A stretch of 64,000 nt of DNA, taken from positions 918,916 to 982,915 of the forward strand of contig NZ_CP020921.1 of assembly GCF_003057965.1 (NCBI RefSeq). Direction: 5' to 3'. A program made the translations under genes and the position numbers. Source of the DNA: Thermodesulfobium acidiphilum. GTDB taxonomy: Bacteria > Thermodesulfobiota > Thermodesulfobiia > Thermodesulfobiales > Thermodesulfobiaceae. Each line of letters opens with the position of its first letter. Positions within the stretch are counted from its first letter, which is position 1. The notes under the pieces are model-generated. The model did not search any database. It saw only the letters and a list, made by a program, of their open reading frames with translations, and had not been told where the DNA came from. This document shows, piece after piece, positions 38,498 to 48,321 of the stretch.

Positions 38498-40003
38498 CTA
38501 CCTGTCACAAGATGAGTAGCATAACTCAAAACTCTTATTTATTAGCGGAAAATCTGGAATAATATTCCCTGGAATACATATTGGCAAGACCATCCAATTC
38601 CTGTGAGAAGCAGAGCGAATGTGAATTCTAAAAATTTTACCAAAATCATCAAGCATAACCCAATGCAAAGCTGTACCTCTTGGGGTTTCTACAAACCCTA
38701 TGCCCGTATTGATTCTAATATTTTCAGGTAGATCTGTAAAAAAGGCTTTATTATCTAATTTTTTAATAAATTCATAACACTGTTTTATTATCTTAAAAGA
38801 CTCAATAGATTCTTCGAATCTCTGTACAAACCTACAGAAAACATCTCCTTCAGTTTGAAAGGGAATATTGAATTCTAAATCTGAATAAACGGAATATCCA
38901 ATATCCTTTCTGGTATCAAAATTAATGCCAGAAGCTCTTAAGGCTATTCCTGTAGCTCCCATTTCTGAAGCTATATTCTTAGGCAGCACTCCAGTAGTAA
39001 CAAACCTATCTAACAAGAGCTCATAATCCTTTATAGATTCGAAAAGCTCTATTAACTCGTGCTCAATAGAATTCAATTTGACAAACATTTCATCATCAAA
39101 GAGTATTTTCCTATTCAAACCACCAGGGCATATTATCCCACGAAGATATCTGTGTCCAAAATATTTAAAGTTTAATTGTTGAAGTCTTTCTTTTAAGATA
39201 GCTCCCCTGCTTACTGCTAAATGAAAGCCTACTCCAGCACATATATTGCCAATATCTCCGATATGATTGTATAGCCTTTCAAGTTCGAGAATTATTATCC
39301 TGGAAAATTCAGAGTATCTAGGTGTCTGTAAATCGTAAATATTTTCTATAGCCTTTGAAAAAGCATAAGCATGAGATGCAGAGCTTACACCACACAGCCT
39401 CTCAATGTGGAAAAGCGCGTCATTTATGCTTAAGCCCTCCAATCTCTTTTCTATACCCCTATGAGTAAAGAAGAGCTGAGCCTGTAAATTTATCATGTCT
39501 TCTCCAAAAACAAAAAATCTAAAATGGCCAGGTTCAATTATCCCAGCATGAATTGGACCAACGGGAACTTGAAAAATACCTTCACCTTTTACAGGGATAA
39601 AATTAAAATCTTTAGCAATTCCACGATTAACTTTTTTATCTATAAAATCCTTTCTCATTAAAAATATACCTTTAGGCCAATCAGGAAAATTTACAATAGG
39701 CCTTAAGTCAGGATGATCAATAGGTTTTATTCCAAATGTGTCAAATATTTCTCTTTCAAGCCAGTTAGCTGATGGAAAATATCTGGAAATAGATTCATAA
39801 AAAGGTTTATCTGGATTAACAAAAAATGATAATTCTACAATATCGCCATTTTTCAATAAAAAAATAGCATATACCTTAAAATTATTACTAATAGCTCTCT
39901 CGTCATTTGCAAAAATCGTTAAAAGTTGAGCACCAGAACTTCTTAAACTAATAATTTCATTGTCTAAATTTTCTTTTTTAGTCGTAACCAATATATAATT
40001 CAT
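38498..40003 (-). CDS. Ehr/Hyf large subunit (NuoCD/HyfG-like) with non-canonical Ni-binding motifs
   Basis: EREIFD, VGPIHAGIIEPGHF, HRGIEK, ERLCGVSSASH, DFPLINKSFELCYSSCDR. Confidence 0.9.
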   Translation of the reverse strand: MNYILVTTKKENLDNEIISLRSSGAQLLTIFANDERAISNNFKVYAIFLLKNGDIVELSFFVNPDKPFYESISRYFPSANWLEREIFDTFGIKPIDHPDLRPIVNFPDWPKGIFLMRKDFIDKKVNRGIAKDFNFIPVKGEGIFQVPVGPIHAGIIEPGHFRFFVFGEDMINLQAQLFFTHRGIEKRLEGLSINDALFHIERLCGVSSASHAYAFSKAIENIYDLQTPRYSEFSRIIILELERLYNHIGDIGNICAGVGFHLAVSRGAILKERLQQLNFKYFGHRYLRGIICPGGLNRKILFDDEMFVKLNSIEHELIELFESIKDYELLLDRFVTTGVLPKNIASEMGATGIALRASGINFDTRKDIGYSVYSDLEFNIPFQTEGDVFCRFVQRFEESIESFKIIKQCYEFIKKLDNKAFFTDLPENIRINTGIGFVETPRGTALHWVMLDDFGKIFRIHIRSASHRNWMVLPICIPGNIIPDFPLINKSFELCYSSCDR

Positions 40004-40007
40004 AATT

Positions 40008-41474
40008 TCAAATACCTCTCATAAAATATTCAACAATTTTTGAAATAATATTTATAGAAGGTGTAAGGAAACAGCCAGTAATTATTAGAATAACAATAGG
40101 AATAGAAAGAAAAATATGTTGCAAGCCAATACGCTCTTTAAACTTAAAATCTGGTCTTTGATTGCTAAAATACATTTTACCTAAATAATACATAAACGCA
40201 GCAAATACGGTAGCTATTAAAGTAAGATAGACTATACCTGGAAAAAAACCAAATTTTTGAAAAATAGCGTACGCGATGTACGTTTCACTTAAAAAAAGTC
40301 CAAATGGAGGAGAGCCAGCAATAGCTAACAATACACACAAAAATATTATTGAAGTAATCGGCTTTGTTTGACCGATCCCTTTTAATCTTGCAATGTTATT
40401 GCTCCCATATCTTTTAACAATAGAGCCTGTACTTAAAAAAAGCGTTGACTTTCCGATAGAGTGATTGAACATATGAAGCATCGCGCCAAGCACTCCAAAA
40501 AAATTGCCTAAACCAAAACCTATAAGAATTATGCCCATATGTTCCACACTCGAATATGCAAAAAGTCTTTTTATGTCACGTTGAGTCAAAATAAAAGGTA
40601 CTGAAAATATCATTGAAAGAGCGCCAAAACCTACTAGCAAATTGCTGGAAAAATTACTGCCAACCGCTGAGGAAAGCAATAAATGATGCCTTAAGATTGC
40701 ATACACAGCACAGTTAAGTAAAACACCTGAAAGAAGAGCGCTTATTGGAGCTGGAGATTGTCCGTGTGCATCTGGAAGCCATGTGTGCATTGGAAAAATT
40801 CCAGCTTTTGTTCCATATCCAACTATAATAAATATAAATGAGATTTTCATCAAATTTGGATCCAGATTTTTCCCATATGATATAAGTTTGAACCAGTTAA
40901 GCGTTTCGACACCATTAAATAGTGAAATTTGTTCTGCTTGATATATTAAAATCAAACCAACAAGCGCAAATGCAATTCCAACTGTACAAAGAATGATATA
41001 TTTCCATGCTGCCTCAAGAGATGCTCTTTTTCTATAAAAGCCAACTAGCAATGCAGATATAACAGTAGTTGCTTCGATGGATACCCATATCAAGCCGAGA
41101 TTTTGACAAAGAACTGATAAATACATTGTACATACAAATAATAAAAGTAATATATAAAATGGCTTAATATAACTTTTTTTCATTTCATTTATTTCGATAT
41201 CTCTATTTACATAGCCAATAGATGAAATTGAGCATATAAGGCTGACTATTGCTATTACCAGAACAAATGGGACTGAAAGAAGATCAACAGCAAATATATT
41301 TGATAAAAATAATATTTTACCTGATGATAAAACATAAAAACATGATATGAATGCCAACAAACTCGCTAAAATAATTGCACAAGAGGTAATCCATTGAATT
41401 ATTTTAGTTTGTTTTGGTAAAATACAGAAAAAAGAAAAAATTATTGGTATTAAAACTATAAATAAGAGTATCAC
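40008..41474 (-). CDS. hyfF: HyfF-like antiporter-type membrane subunit
   Basis: EATT, LEAAWKY, GYGTKAG, WLPDAH, KRLFAYSSVEH. Confidence 0.88.
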   Translation of the reverse strand: MILLFIVLIPIIFSFFCILPKQTKIIQWITSCAIILASLLAFISCFYVLSSGKILFLSNIFAVDLLSVPFVLVIAIVSLICSISSIGYVNRDIEINEMKKSYIKPFYILLLLFVCTMYLSVLCQNLGLIWVSIEATTVISALLVGFYRKRASLEAAWKYIILCTVGIAFALVGLILIYQAEQISLFNGVETLNWFKLISYGKNLDPNLMKISFIFIIVGYGTKAGIFPMHTWLPDAHGQSPAPISALLSGVLLNCAVYAILRHHLLLSSAVGSNFSSNLLVGFGALSMIFSVPFILTQRDIKRLFAYSSVEHMGIILIGFGLGNFFGVLGAMLHMFNHSIGKSTLFLSTGSIVKRYGSNNIARLKGIGQTKPITSIIFLCVLLAIAGSPPFGLFLSETYIAYAIFQKFGFFPGIVYLTLIATVFAAFMYYLGKMYFSNQRPDFKFKERIGLQHIFLSIPIVILIITGCFLTPSINIISKIVEYFMRGI

Positions 41475-41476
41475 GA

Positions 41477-42124
41477 TTAGCCCTTCAATTCAGTAAGATT
41501 TTCAGTATCTGTCGACTCGAAAAGACCATGAATATAATTGGTCATAATTCCCATAACGAGAACTCCAACAAGCAAATCAAAAAATGTTCCAAATTCGAAA
41601 ATCAGAGGCATTCCATTTGTAAGAGAGACAGAATATAAAAATATCCCATTTTCCATAACGATTATTCCTATAATCTGACATAGAAGAGCACGATGACTTA
41701 GCATATAAAAACATCCGATCAAGATTGATGAAATTGCAAAAAAAGAATAGCCCGAACTTAAATGAGATGTGCTGAAGAAGCCTGAAGAGTTCAAAACTTG
41801 TGAAAATCCAATAAGAAATATCCCTATCAATAAAGAAAGACCTTGTGACATATTCATAGGGACGAGATCGTTTGATCTAAGTTTTTTGTTAACACGAAGA
41901 ATTATAAATGGAAGAAAGACGACCTTTACAAAGAAGGTTAATATAGCAGCAATAGCTGAGTGAAAAAGATTGAAATCATTGCCCGAAGAAAACATCGGAA
42001 TACCTATCATTAGAACACTTAAAGATAAAGACTGTAAAATTAGTAAATATACGCTTTTTGTCACATTTCTTGTTTGTAACATCCATAATGAAGTTATAAG
42101 AAAAATAAAACTTAAAAAGTCCAA
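41477..42124 (-). CDS. hyfE: HyfE-like membrane subunit
   Basis: MENGI, GMPLIFEFG, terminal LTELKG; operon position. Confidence 0.85.
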   Translation of the reverse strand: MDFLSFIFLITSLWMLQTRNVTKSVYLLILQSLSLSVLMIGIPMFSSGNDFNLFHSAIAAILTFFVKVVFLPFIILRVNKKLRSNDLVPMNMSQGLSLLIGIFLIGFSQVLNSSGFFSTSHLSSGYSFFAISSILIGCFYMLSHRALLCQIIGIIVMENGIFLYSVSLTNGMPLIFEFGTFFDLLVGVLVMGIMTNYIHGLFESTDTENLTELKG

Positions 42125-42141
42125 AAATATACCTCCTAAAA

Positions 42142-43047
42142 TTATTTTATAAAATATATTAAAATTGCAAGAACGCCCAGTATACCAGTAGCAAAGAAAA
42201 ATCCAGGCAATTTGAAAAGTCGCATCTTGGGGACGATAGATTCAATAAATGCTATTAAAAAGACAATAAGAAGAAATAATAAAAACTTTACAAAGATGTC
42301 CAAAACAAGATTTTCTATATTAGGAGAGAAAATACTTACAAATAAAGCAATTAAAATAAATTGCTTTAACATAGATGCATAGTGAAAAATTCCCAAAAGA
42401 GGACCAGAATATTCAAGAATCATTCCTTCATGAACCATAGTAAGCTCTAAATGGGTATCAGGATTGTCTACTGGCAATCTTGAAGACTCTGCTATTACAA
42501 TTATAAACATAGAAATGCTCAGCAAAATTCCAGGAATCGACCATCCAGATGAAAGCATGCTATTAAGGTTATACGAAAGAACACTTAACGAAAGAGCAAA
42601 CAAGACTATAGAGAAAACTGGTTCAGAAAGAGCTGATATCATCATTTCTCTGCTAGAACCCATACCTCCAAAACTCGAACCTGATTCCATACCAGCCAAT
42701 GCAATAAAAAATCTTGCAACTCCAAAACAATATATAAATGTAATAAGGTCATATCCCGAACTATTTTTAAAACCAAGAAAGGGGAACAAAACACAAGCGC
42801 TAAGATATGAAGCAAAGACAATAAAAGGAGCAAAAATCGATATTATCGATGAATTTTCAGAGATTGTCGATTCCTTTTTAAAGAATTTTAAAAGGTCTCT
42901 ATATGGCTGAAATATAGTCGCCCCCTTCCTGGATTGGAAACGTGATTTTATCTTCTTAATAACTCCACTTACAAGAGGAGAAAAAACCAATGCGATAATG
43001 ACTTGTATTATTGAAACTAAAACTAATGATGGATTTATCGATACCAT
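42142..43047 (-). CDS. hyfC: HyfC/NuoH-like membrane subunit
   Basis: QPYRDLLK, FGGMGSSRE, RLPVDNPDTHLELTMVHEGMILEYSG. Confidence 0.9.
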   Translation of the reverse strand: MVSINPSLVLVSIIQVIIALVFSPLVSGVIKKIKSRFQSRKGATIFQPYRDLLKFFKKESTISENSSIISIFAPFIVFASYLSACVLFPFLGFKNSSGYDLITFIYCFGVARFFIALAGMESGSSFGGMGSSREMMISALSEPVFSIVLFALSLSVLSYNLNSMLSSGWSIPGILLSISMFIIVIAESSRLPVDNPDTHLELTMVHEGMILEYSGPLLGIFHYASMLKQFILIALFVSIFSPNIENLVLDIFVKFLLFLLIVFLIAFIESIVPKMRLFKLPGFFFATGILGVLAILIYFIK

Positions 43048-45002
43048 AACAAAAGCACCACTAATGTAATAAATATATATGCAAGATAAAAATGCACATA
43101 TCCGCTTTGAAGAAATCTCATTTTAATAGAAAAATTTAATATAAATTTTCTTATTGGGCTATATAAATAAGTAGTGAATGGAGGCTTTAAATCCTCAGAA
43201 AATAAGATATCCAATGGCTTAGAAGGATTAACTGTGATCTTTCTATTTGGTCTCAGGAAAAAAGAATACGTTCGTCTTATCGGTTGTGAAAAAGACGCTG
43301 CAGTATATTCCATTTTAGAGTTTAAGTTAATGCCGCATCCCCATGTGGGGACCTTTCTAATCTCAAATAGTCCAAAAATTTTACCAAAAATTATAGATAA
43401 ACTAAAGAATATTCCAAAAATTATAAAAAATAAAAGATTTGTCGTTTGAAAATAGACAACATTAAAATTTGAATCTATTTGTAACACTATTTTAGAGATA
43501 TAAAAAAGTATATTGGAAGCTAATAAACCAAGTAATATACAGCTAAAGGCAAGGATAGCTTCTGGTAGGATAATCATAAGATTTGGTTCCTTTGCATTCT
43601 TTGCCTCAGATGAGCGCGGCAAAGCCAAAAATGATACCGAAAAAGCCTTTACAAAACAAGCAGCAGCAAGTGCACCAGTTAAAATTAATGCTACAGGAGA
43701 CAATATAGCAAAAAGCTTCCAGTAAGAATGCGCAAAGTAAGACAGGTTTAACATCGAAATATATATTTGATATTCGCTAGCAAACCCATTAAGGGGAGGG
43801 ATAGCTGAAATAGCCAATGATCCAATCAAAAAAGATAAAGCAGTTTTAGGCATATTTTTTATCAATCCACCATAATGCTCCATATCTCTTGTGCCGATTA
43901 TTTTACTAATAGAGCCTGCAGAAAGGAAAAGCAAGCTCTTAAAAACAGCATGGTTCAAAACATGAAACAAAGAAGCGCAGTAGGCAATAGCAGCAAAAGT
44001 GTATAGAGACATTGATGAGAAAATAACACCTAAACCTACTCCCATAAAAATTATTCCAATATTCTCAACGCTATGATATGCTAAAAGTTTTTTAATATCG
44101 TGTTCCATTAAAGCATAAAGAACGCCGATCAAAGACGATGCTATCCCAATGAAGAGTATAATACTCCCCCACCAGATGGGGCCAACACCCAGCATATCGA
44201 TTACAAATCTAAAAATTCCATATATAGCAGTCTTGATCATAACAGAACTCATCATCGCAGATACATTGCTCGGTGCAGAAGGATGTGCCATTGGAAGCCA
44301 GATATGCAAAGGAACAATACCAGCTTTTGTTCCAAAGCCAATTAGGAAGCATAAGAAGATGATGGATTTAGAAAACATGCTCATATGCATAGCAGCAATC
44401 TTCATAGCATCAAAGTTTAATCCATTTGAAAATGTTCCCCAATACAAGAGCCCAGAGATAATAAAAACAGTTCCAAAATGAGTCATAAATATATAAAAAA
44501 ATCCAGCTTTTCTAACATGCTGATGCCTGTATTCAAAGGTTACAAGAAAATAAGAAAAAATGCTCATTAATTCCCAAAAAATCAAAAATGTAATTGAGTT
44601 AGAAACCAAAAACAAAACTGACATCGAACAAATAAATAAATTATAAAAAAAAGAAAATTTAGCGATATTGTCATTTAGATAGGACTTCATGTATTCCAAA
44701 GAATAAATCATAATCAAAAAATTAATTGTAGAAAGAATTAAAAGAAAAAAGGCAGAAAGCTTATCGAAGTAAAATTGCAGCTCTATATTTGGAGCAATAA
44801 CTAAAAGATTAAACAAAATTGGATTTGGCAATAAAAATATAAAAACACCTGACATAAAACCAAGAACTGAAGCAGTTAAACCAAAATATGAACCGATTTT
44901 CAAAGATAGCGTTTTATTTTTTGAAAAAGCAAGTGGCACAATTGCACCTAAAATATAAAAACCAACTGAAAGATAGAATAAGATAAAACCTAAATCAATC
45001 AT
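43035..45002 (-). CDS. hyfB: HyfB/NuoL-like antiporter-type membrane subunit
   Basis: WELM, WLPMAHPSAP, KLLAYHSVENIG, PPLNGFASE, TWGCG, YTAASFSQP. Confidence 0.9.
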   Translation of the reverse strand: MIDLGFILFYLSVGFYILGAIVPLAFSKNKTLSLKIGSYFGLTASVLGFMSGVFIFLLPNPILFNLLVIAPNIELQFYFDKLSAFFLLILSTINFLIMIYSLEYMKSYLNDNIAKFSFFYNLFICSMSVLFLVSNSITFLIFWELMSIFSYFLVTFEYRHQHVRKAGFFYIFMTHFGTVFIISGLLYWGTFSNGLNFDAMKIAAMHMSMFSKSIIFLCFLIGFGTKAGIVPLHIWLPMAHPSAPSNVSAMMSSVMIKTAIYGIFRFVIDMLGVGPIWWGSIILFIGIASSLIGVLYALMEHDIKKLLAYHSVENIGIIFMGVGLGVIFSSMSLYTFAAIAYCASLFHVLNHAVFKSLLFLSAGSISKIIGTRDMEHYGGLIKNMPKTALSFLIGSLAISAIPPLNGFASEYQIYISMLNLSYFAHSYWKLFAILSPVALILTGALAAACFVKAFSVSFLALPRSSEAKNAKEPNLMIILPEAILAFSCILLGLLASNILFYISKIVLQIDSNFNVVYFQTTNLLFFIIFGIFFSLSIIFGKIFGLFEIRKVPTWGCGINLNSKMEYTAASFSQPIRRTYSFFLRPNRKITVNPSKPLDILFSEDLKPPFTTYLYSPIRKFILNFSIKMRFLQSGYVHFYLAYIFITLVVLLLWYR

Positions 45003-45094
45003 TAAGATAGATCACTCCAATAAATCATTAATTTATTTTTAACAATTTTTCACAACATTTTTTGAAAAAGAAACGTTCAAAGTTTATACCTTTT

Positions 45095-45165
45095 GTGGGC
45101 AGCAGTCAATAGCAAAAATTGCGACTGTTAAAGGACGCTAACTTCATCCCTAATGAAAACGCTAA
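45095..45165 (-). promoter_or_regulatory. Candidate structured cis-regulatory RNA in the Ehr operon leader
   Basis: Locally GC-richer island with hairpins UUCAU-UAGGG-AUGAA and CAGUC..GACUG, possible loop pairing with UCCUU, and a duplicated UUAGCGU. Confidence 0.5.
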
Positions 45166-45253
45166 TTTTGTCACTATGATGGTCGAGTTTTTTGAGTGTT
45201 AAGAATCAGGTAGAATTTTTGTAGATAGAAAAAATTTACTTAGATAGTTTCTG

Positions 45254-46168
45254 TTATTTTAGCCAACTGGATAAATCCCTATCTATTAACTTTTGAAGTC
45301 TTACTATATCTTCTTTGTAAAAATTTATCAGATATTCCCTCGTATCTTTATTTATCTCATCAGGTTTGATAAGTAATTTGTTCATAAATTTATTTTTTAA
45401 CTTTATTCTAAAATTTTTTGGGAAGAAATTTTTAACAATGAACTTAAAAAAATTTGGCTTATTTAAGAAATTATACAGTGATTTAAATCTTGGAATACCT
45501 GATTTGTTATATTCTATCTCTAAATCACCAGGAACAAATTCTGGATCCACACCTAGGAAGTTAAAAAGCTCTTTTATCAAATAATCAGGGTTTTCTTTGA
45601 GATCCTCAAATAAACAGACCTTAACGTTCTTAAAGTTATCAAGGTATGCCTTTACTTGATTAGAATATAGTCCAACCGACTTATAATGCCACATAAATTC
45701 CCAATTATCCTTTATTCTCTTCTCTTCTTCAGTAAGCGCCTCTTCAAATGATAGATTTTCTCTACCATCTCTAAGATGATAAATATATGAAGAATAAGCT
45801 CTATCAATCGGATTTCTAAGGATAATAAAAATCTTAACCTCTTCATCCAGGTATTCTTTAATTTTAGGTATCACAGATTCATAATAATATAAGCTGTCCA
45901 CACTACATTCCCCCAGCACCTTTGAGCCATTGACATTCAAAAACAATCTCCTATAATCTTCGAATGTTTTTATAATATCCCTTTCCCCCTCAGAGTCACC
46001 AGGACCATTAAAATTTTTGTGACCAGATATATAAGAAAAAAACTTAGGTTCTTTTATTTTACTCATAAAAACCTGTGGATGTTTTGAAAGATAATGATAC
46101 AAACTGGTAGTACCTGCTTGTGGGGCTCCTACAATTAAAAAATTTGGAAGTTTATACTTAATATTAAT
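45254..46168 (-). CDS. Sulfotransferase family protein, ATT start
   Basis: In-frame extension adds LPNFLIVGAPQAGTTSL (5'-PSB loop); LRNPIDRAYS (3'-PB); no ATG/GTG/TTG between upstream stop and this motif; ATT after GGGTGAG. Confidence 0.88.
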   Translation of the reverse strand: MNIKYKLPNFLIVGAPQAGTTSLYHYLSKHPQVFMSKIKEPKFFSYISGHKNFNGPGDSEGERDIIKTFEDYRRLFLNVNGSKVLGECSVDSLYYYESVIPKIKEYLDEEVKIFIILRNPIDRAYSSYIYHLRDGRENLSFEEALTEEEKRIKDNWEFMWHYKSVGLYSNQVKAYLDNFKNVKVCLFEDLKENPDYLIKELFNFLGVDPEFVPGDLEIEYNKSGIPRFKSLYNFLNKPNFFKFIVKNFFPKNFRIKLKNKFMNKLLIKPDEINKDTREYLINFYKEDIVRLQKLIDRDLSSWLK

Positions 46169-46339
46169 TTTAAACTCACCCTTTTCTAGATAAAATAGAT
46201 TAAATAAAAATTAAATCAACTCGATTAATATTCTACGAATAATCTAGCAAAAAGGTAACAAATTTTTATTAGTGGAAGTGTGAGAATTTAAAAATACTGA
46301 ATAAAATTGACTAAAATTTAAATGCTCATAAATTTAAAA

Positions 46340-46996
46340 TTAAAACCTCATTTTTTTAGCTACCATTAAATATTGAACCACTAAAAATTCTTCAAAAAAC
46401 TTTAAAGTTAGTTTATTAAATACTTTTCTTCTAGGAGCAAGGTGGAGATTGTAAGTAATTTTACACACTTTTAAACCTGAAGATTCAAATAGATCAATCA
46501 TATTTTTTTTACAAAAGAATCTCAAATGCGTTTTATCTAAAATACCAGATTCAACATACTTAAAGTCTCCATTTAGTAAAATACTCAATATTGTTCTATA
46601 TTCTCTTACATTGGGTATGCTTGCTATAAGAACTCCGTCAGTTTTTAAAAAATTTTTCAGCTTCCTAACAACACTCCATGGATCTTTTAAATGCTCTAAA
46701 ACATCAGCGCATATAATAACGTCAAAATATTCATTTAAAGAATTTAATTCTATATTTTCAATATCAGCCAATATAAATTTGTCTAATTTTTTAGATTGTC
46801 CTAAATCTATTATATCTATGCCTACAGCATTCTTAGCTTTACCTTGTTTTTTCAACTCTACAAGAGTGTTACCCGCTCCACATCCTAATTCAAGAATGTT
46901 ATGATTAAAACCTTCTATAAGATTGATAATATCATAACGAATACCAGAAAAGTATTTATTATTTTTTCTGTTATAAATATCTCTAAACTCATTCAT
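46340..46996 (-). CDS. Class I SAM methyltransferase, glycan-cluster type
   Basis: LELGCGAG, DVLEHL, SIPN, GILDKTHLRFF. Confidence 0.9.
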   Translation of the reverse strand: MNEFRDIYNRKNNKYFSGIRYDIINLIEGFNHNILELGCGAGNTLVELKKQGKAKNAVGIDIIDLGQSKKLDKFILADIENIELNSLNEYFDVIICADVLEHLKDPWSVVRKLKNFLKTDGVLIASIPNVREYRTILSILLNGDFKYVESGILDKTHLRFFCKKNMIDLFESSGLKVCKITYNLHLAPRRKVFNKLTLKFFEEFLVVQYLMVAKKMRF

Positions 46997-47011
46997 AAAA
47001 TGATACCTACC

Positions 47012-48283
47012 TTAACAACTTTTCAATTTCAAAACTTTAAAATAAAGATATAAGGTGACAAAAAGTTCGACAACAATGACTGATATACAACTTCCCAAAA
47101 ATGATAGAAACGGAACCAAAGAAAAATTTAAAATTAAATCTAAAAAAGCACCAATTAAAACTGTATTTGAGAATTCTTTACCAAAGCCTTTACTAAGTAA
47201 GATATGCACGGCTGGAACATTAATTCCAATAAACATTGGTACAAAAGCCATTAATTTTAAACTTAAAATTGATTCATTATAATAATGACCACTTATAATT
47301 TTAATTATTACTGGTGAAAGAAATAAAAGCAATAAACCAAAAACTAAAGTATATAAAAATATAATCAAACCAATCTTTTTTAAATAAACAATCGCGAGAT
47401 TATAATTTTGATTTATTAATCTATTAATATACGGGAAAAAAGTTTGAGATATAAGTCCTGCAATTTGATTCAAAATATCTATTATTTTCTTAGAAATATA
47501 AAAGTAACCTACAATTGTAGAATCAGCAAATAAACCCAAAATTAAAACGCTATTGTTTTTATAAAAACTTATGCCAACAGTACCAATAAATATATGCCAT
47601 CCCTCATTTAGATGATATTTTATACTGTTTACATCTGGCATAATAAATTTTACACCAAGCCTGTTAAAAATTATCCACAAACCTATAATGCCAGATAGTA
47701 CCAAACCAACTGAATTTATCAGCGGAACATAAATATAATCTGATTCTTCTCGAATAAATACGAAAATAGCAATAGTAAAAATAAACCGTGCCAGAACGTT
47801 TAACAAAGTAATATATTTCATTCTCTCTATTCCCTGGAAAAACCATACTGGAAACAATACGTTACCTAAAACCAAACCAAAGGTAAGAAAGTAAAGCAGC
47901 CAGTCATCTCTAAACTTTGCAAAACTAAATACAACAAGAGCCATCATTATAAAAGATAAAATAGCCAGTAGAATTTGGATGGTAATAACAGAGCTAAATA
48001 TTTCTGAAACCTTTTCAGGATTTTCTCTATTTATTGAAATTTCTCTTGTAGCTGAGAGGTTAAACCCATAGTTAGTTAATATTTGAAAGTATCCGATAAA
48101 GGCCTGAGCGAATGCCACAAGACCATATTGTGAGGGGCCAAGCACTCTTACAAGATATGGGAGGGTAATCAGAGGAAAAAGATAATTCGCTACCTGTAGT
48201 ATAGAAAGAGAAAAAAAATTACTAACCAGTCGTTTCTTTTCTTGACTGCTAAATAAATTTTTAATAGAAAATAACTTTTGCAA
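47012..48283 (-). CDS. Wzx-type polysaccharide flippase
   Basis: PLITLPYLVRVLG, YGFNLSATREI, PVWFFQGIE; many TM segments. Confidence 0.9.
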   Translation of the reverse strand: MQKLFSIKNLFSSQEKKRLVSNFFSLSILQVANYLFPLITLPYLVRVLGPSQYGLVAFAQAFIGYFQILTNYGFNLSATREISINRENPEKVSEIFSSVITIQILLAILSFIMMALVVFSFAKFRDDWLLYFLTFGLVLGNVLFPVWFFQGIERMKYITLLNVLARFIFTIAIFVFIREESDYIYVPLINSVGLVLSGIIGLWIIFNRLGVKFIMPDVNSIKYHLNEGWHIFIGTVGISFYKNNSVLILGLFADSTIVGYFYISKKIIDILNQIAGLISQTFFPYINRLINQNYNLAIVYLKKIGLIIFLYTLVFGLLLLFLSPVIIKIISGHYYNESILSLKLMAFVPMFIGINVPAVHILLSKGFGKEFSNTVLIGAFLDLILNFSLVPFLSFLGSCISVIVVELFVTLYLYFKVLKLKSC

Positions 48284-48321
48284 GACTACCTCTTGGTTTT
48301 CATGTTCGTATGATAATCAAT

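Noticed and set aside
45038-45055. Rex-like operator upstream of hyfB
   Set aside because: Only one half-site (TTGTGAA) matches.
45095-45190. c-di-GMP-I riboswitch-like words (GGACGC, CCTAA, TATGA) on the plus strand
   Set aside because: Wrong orientation for both flanking genes and no GNRA-capped stem.
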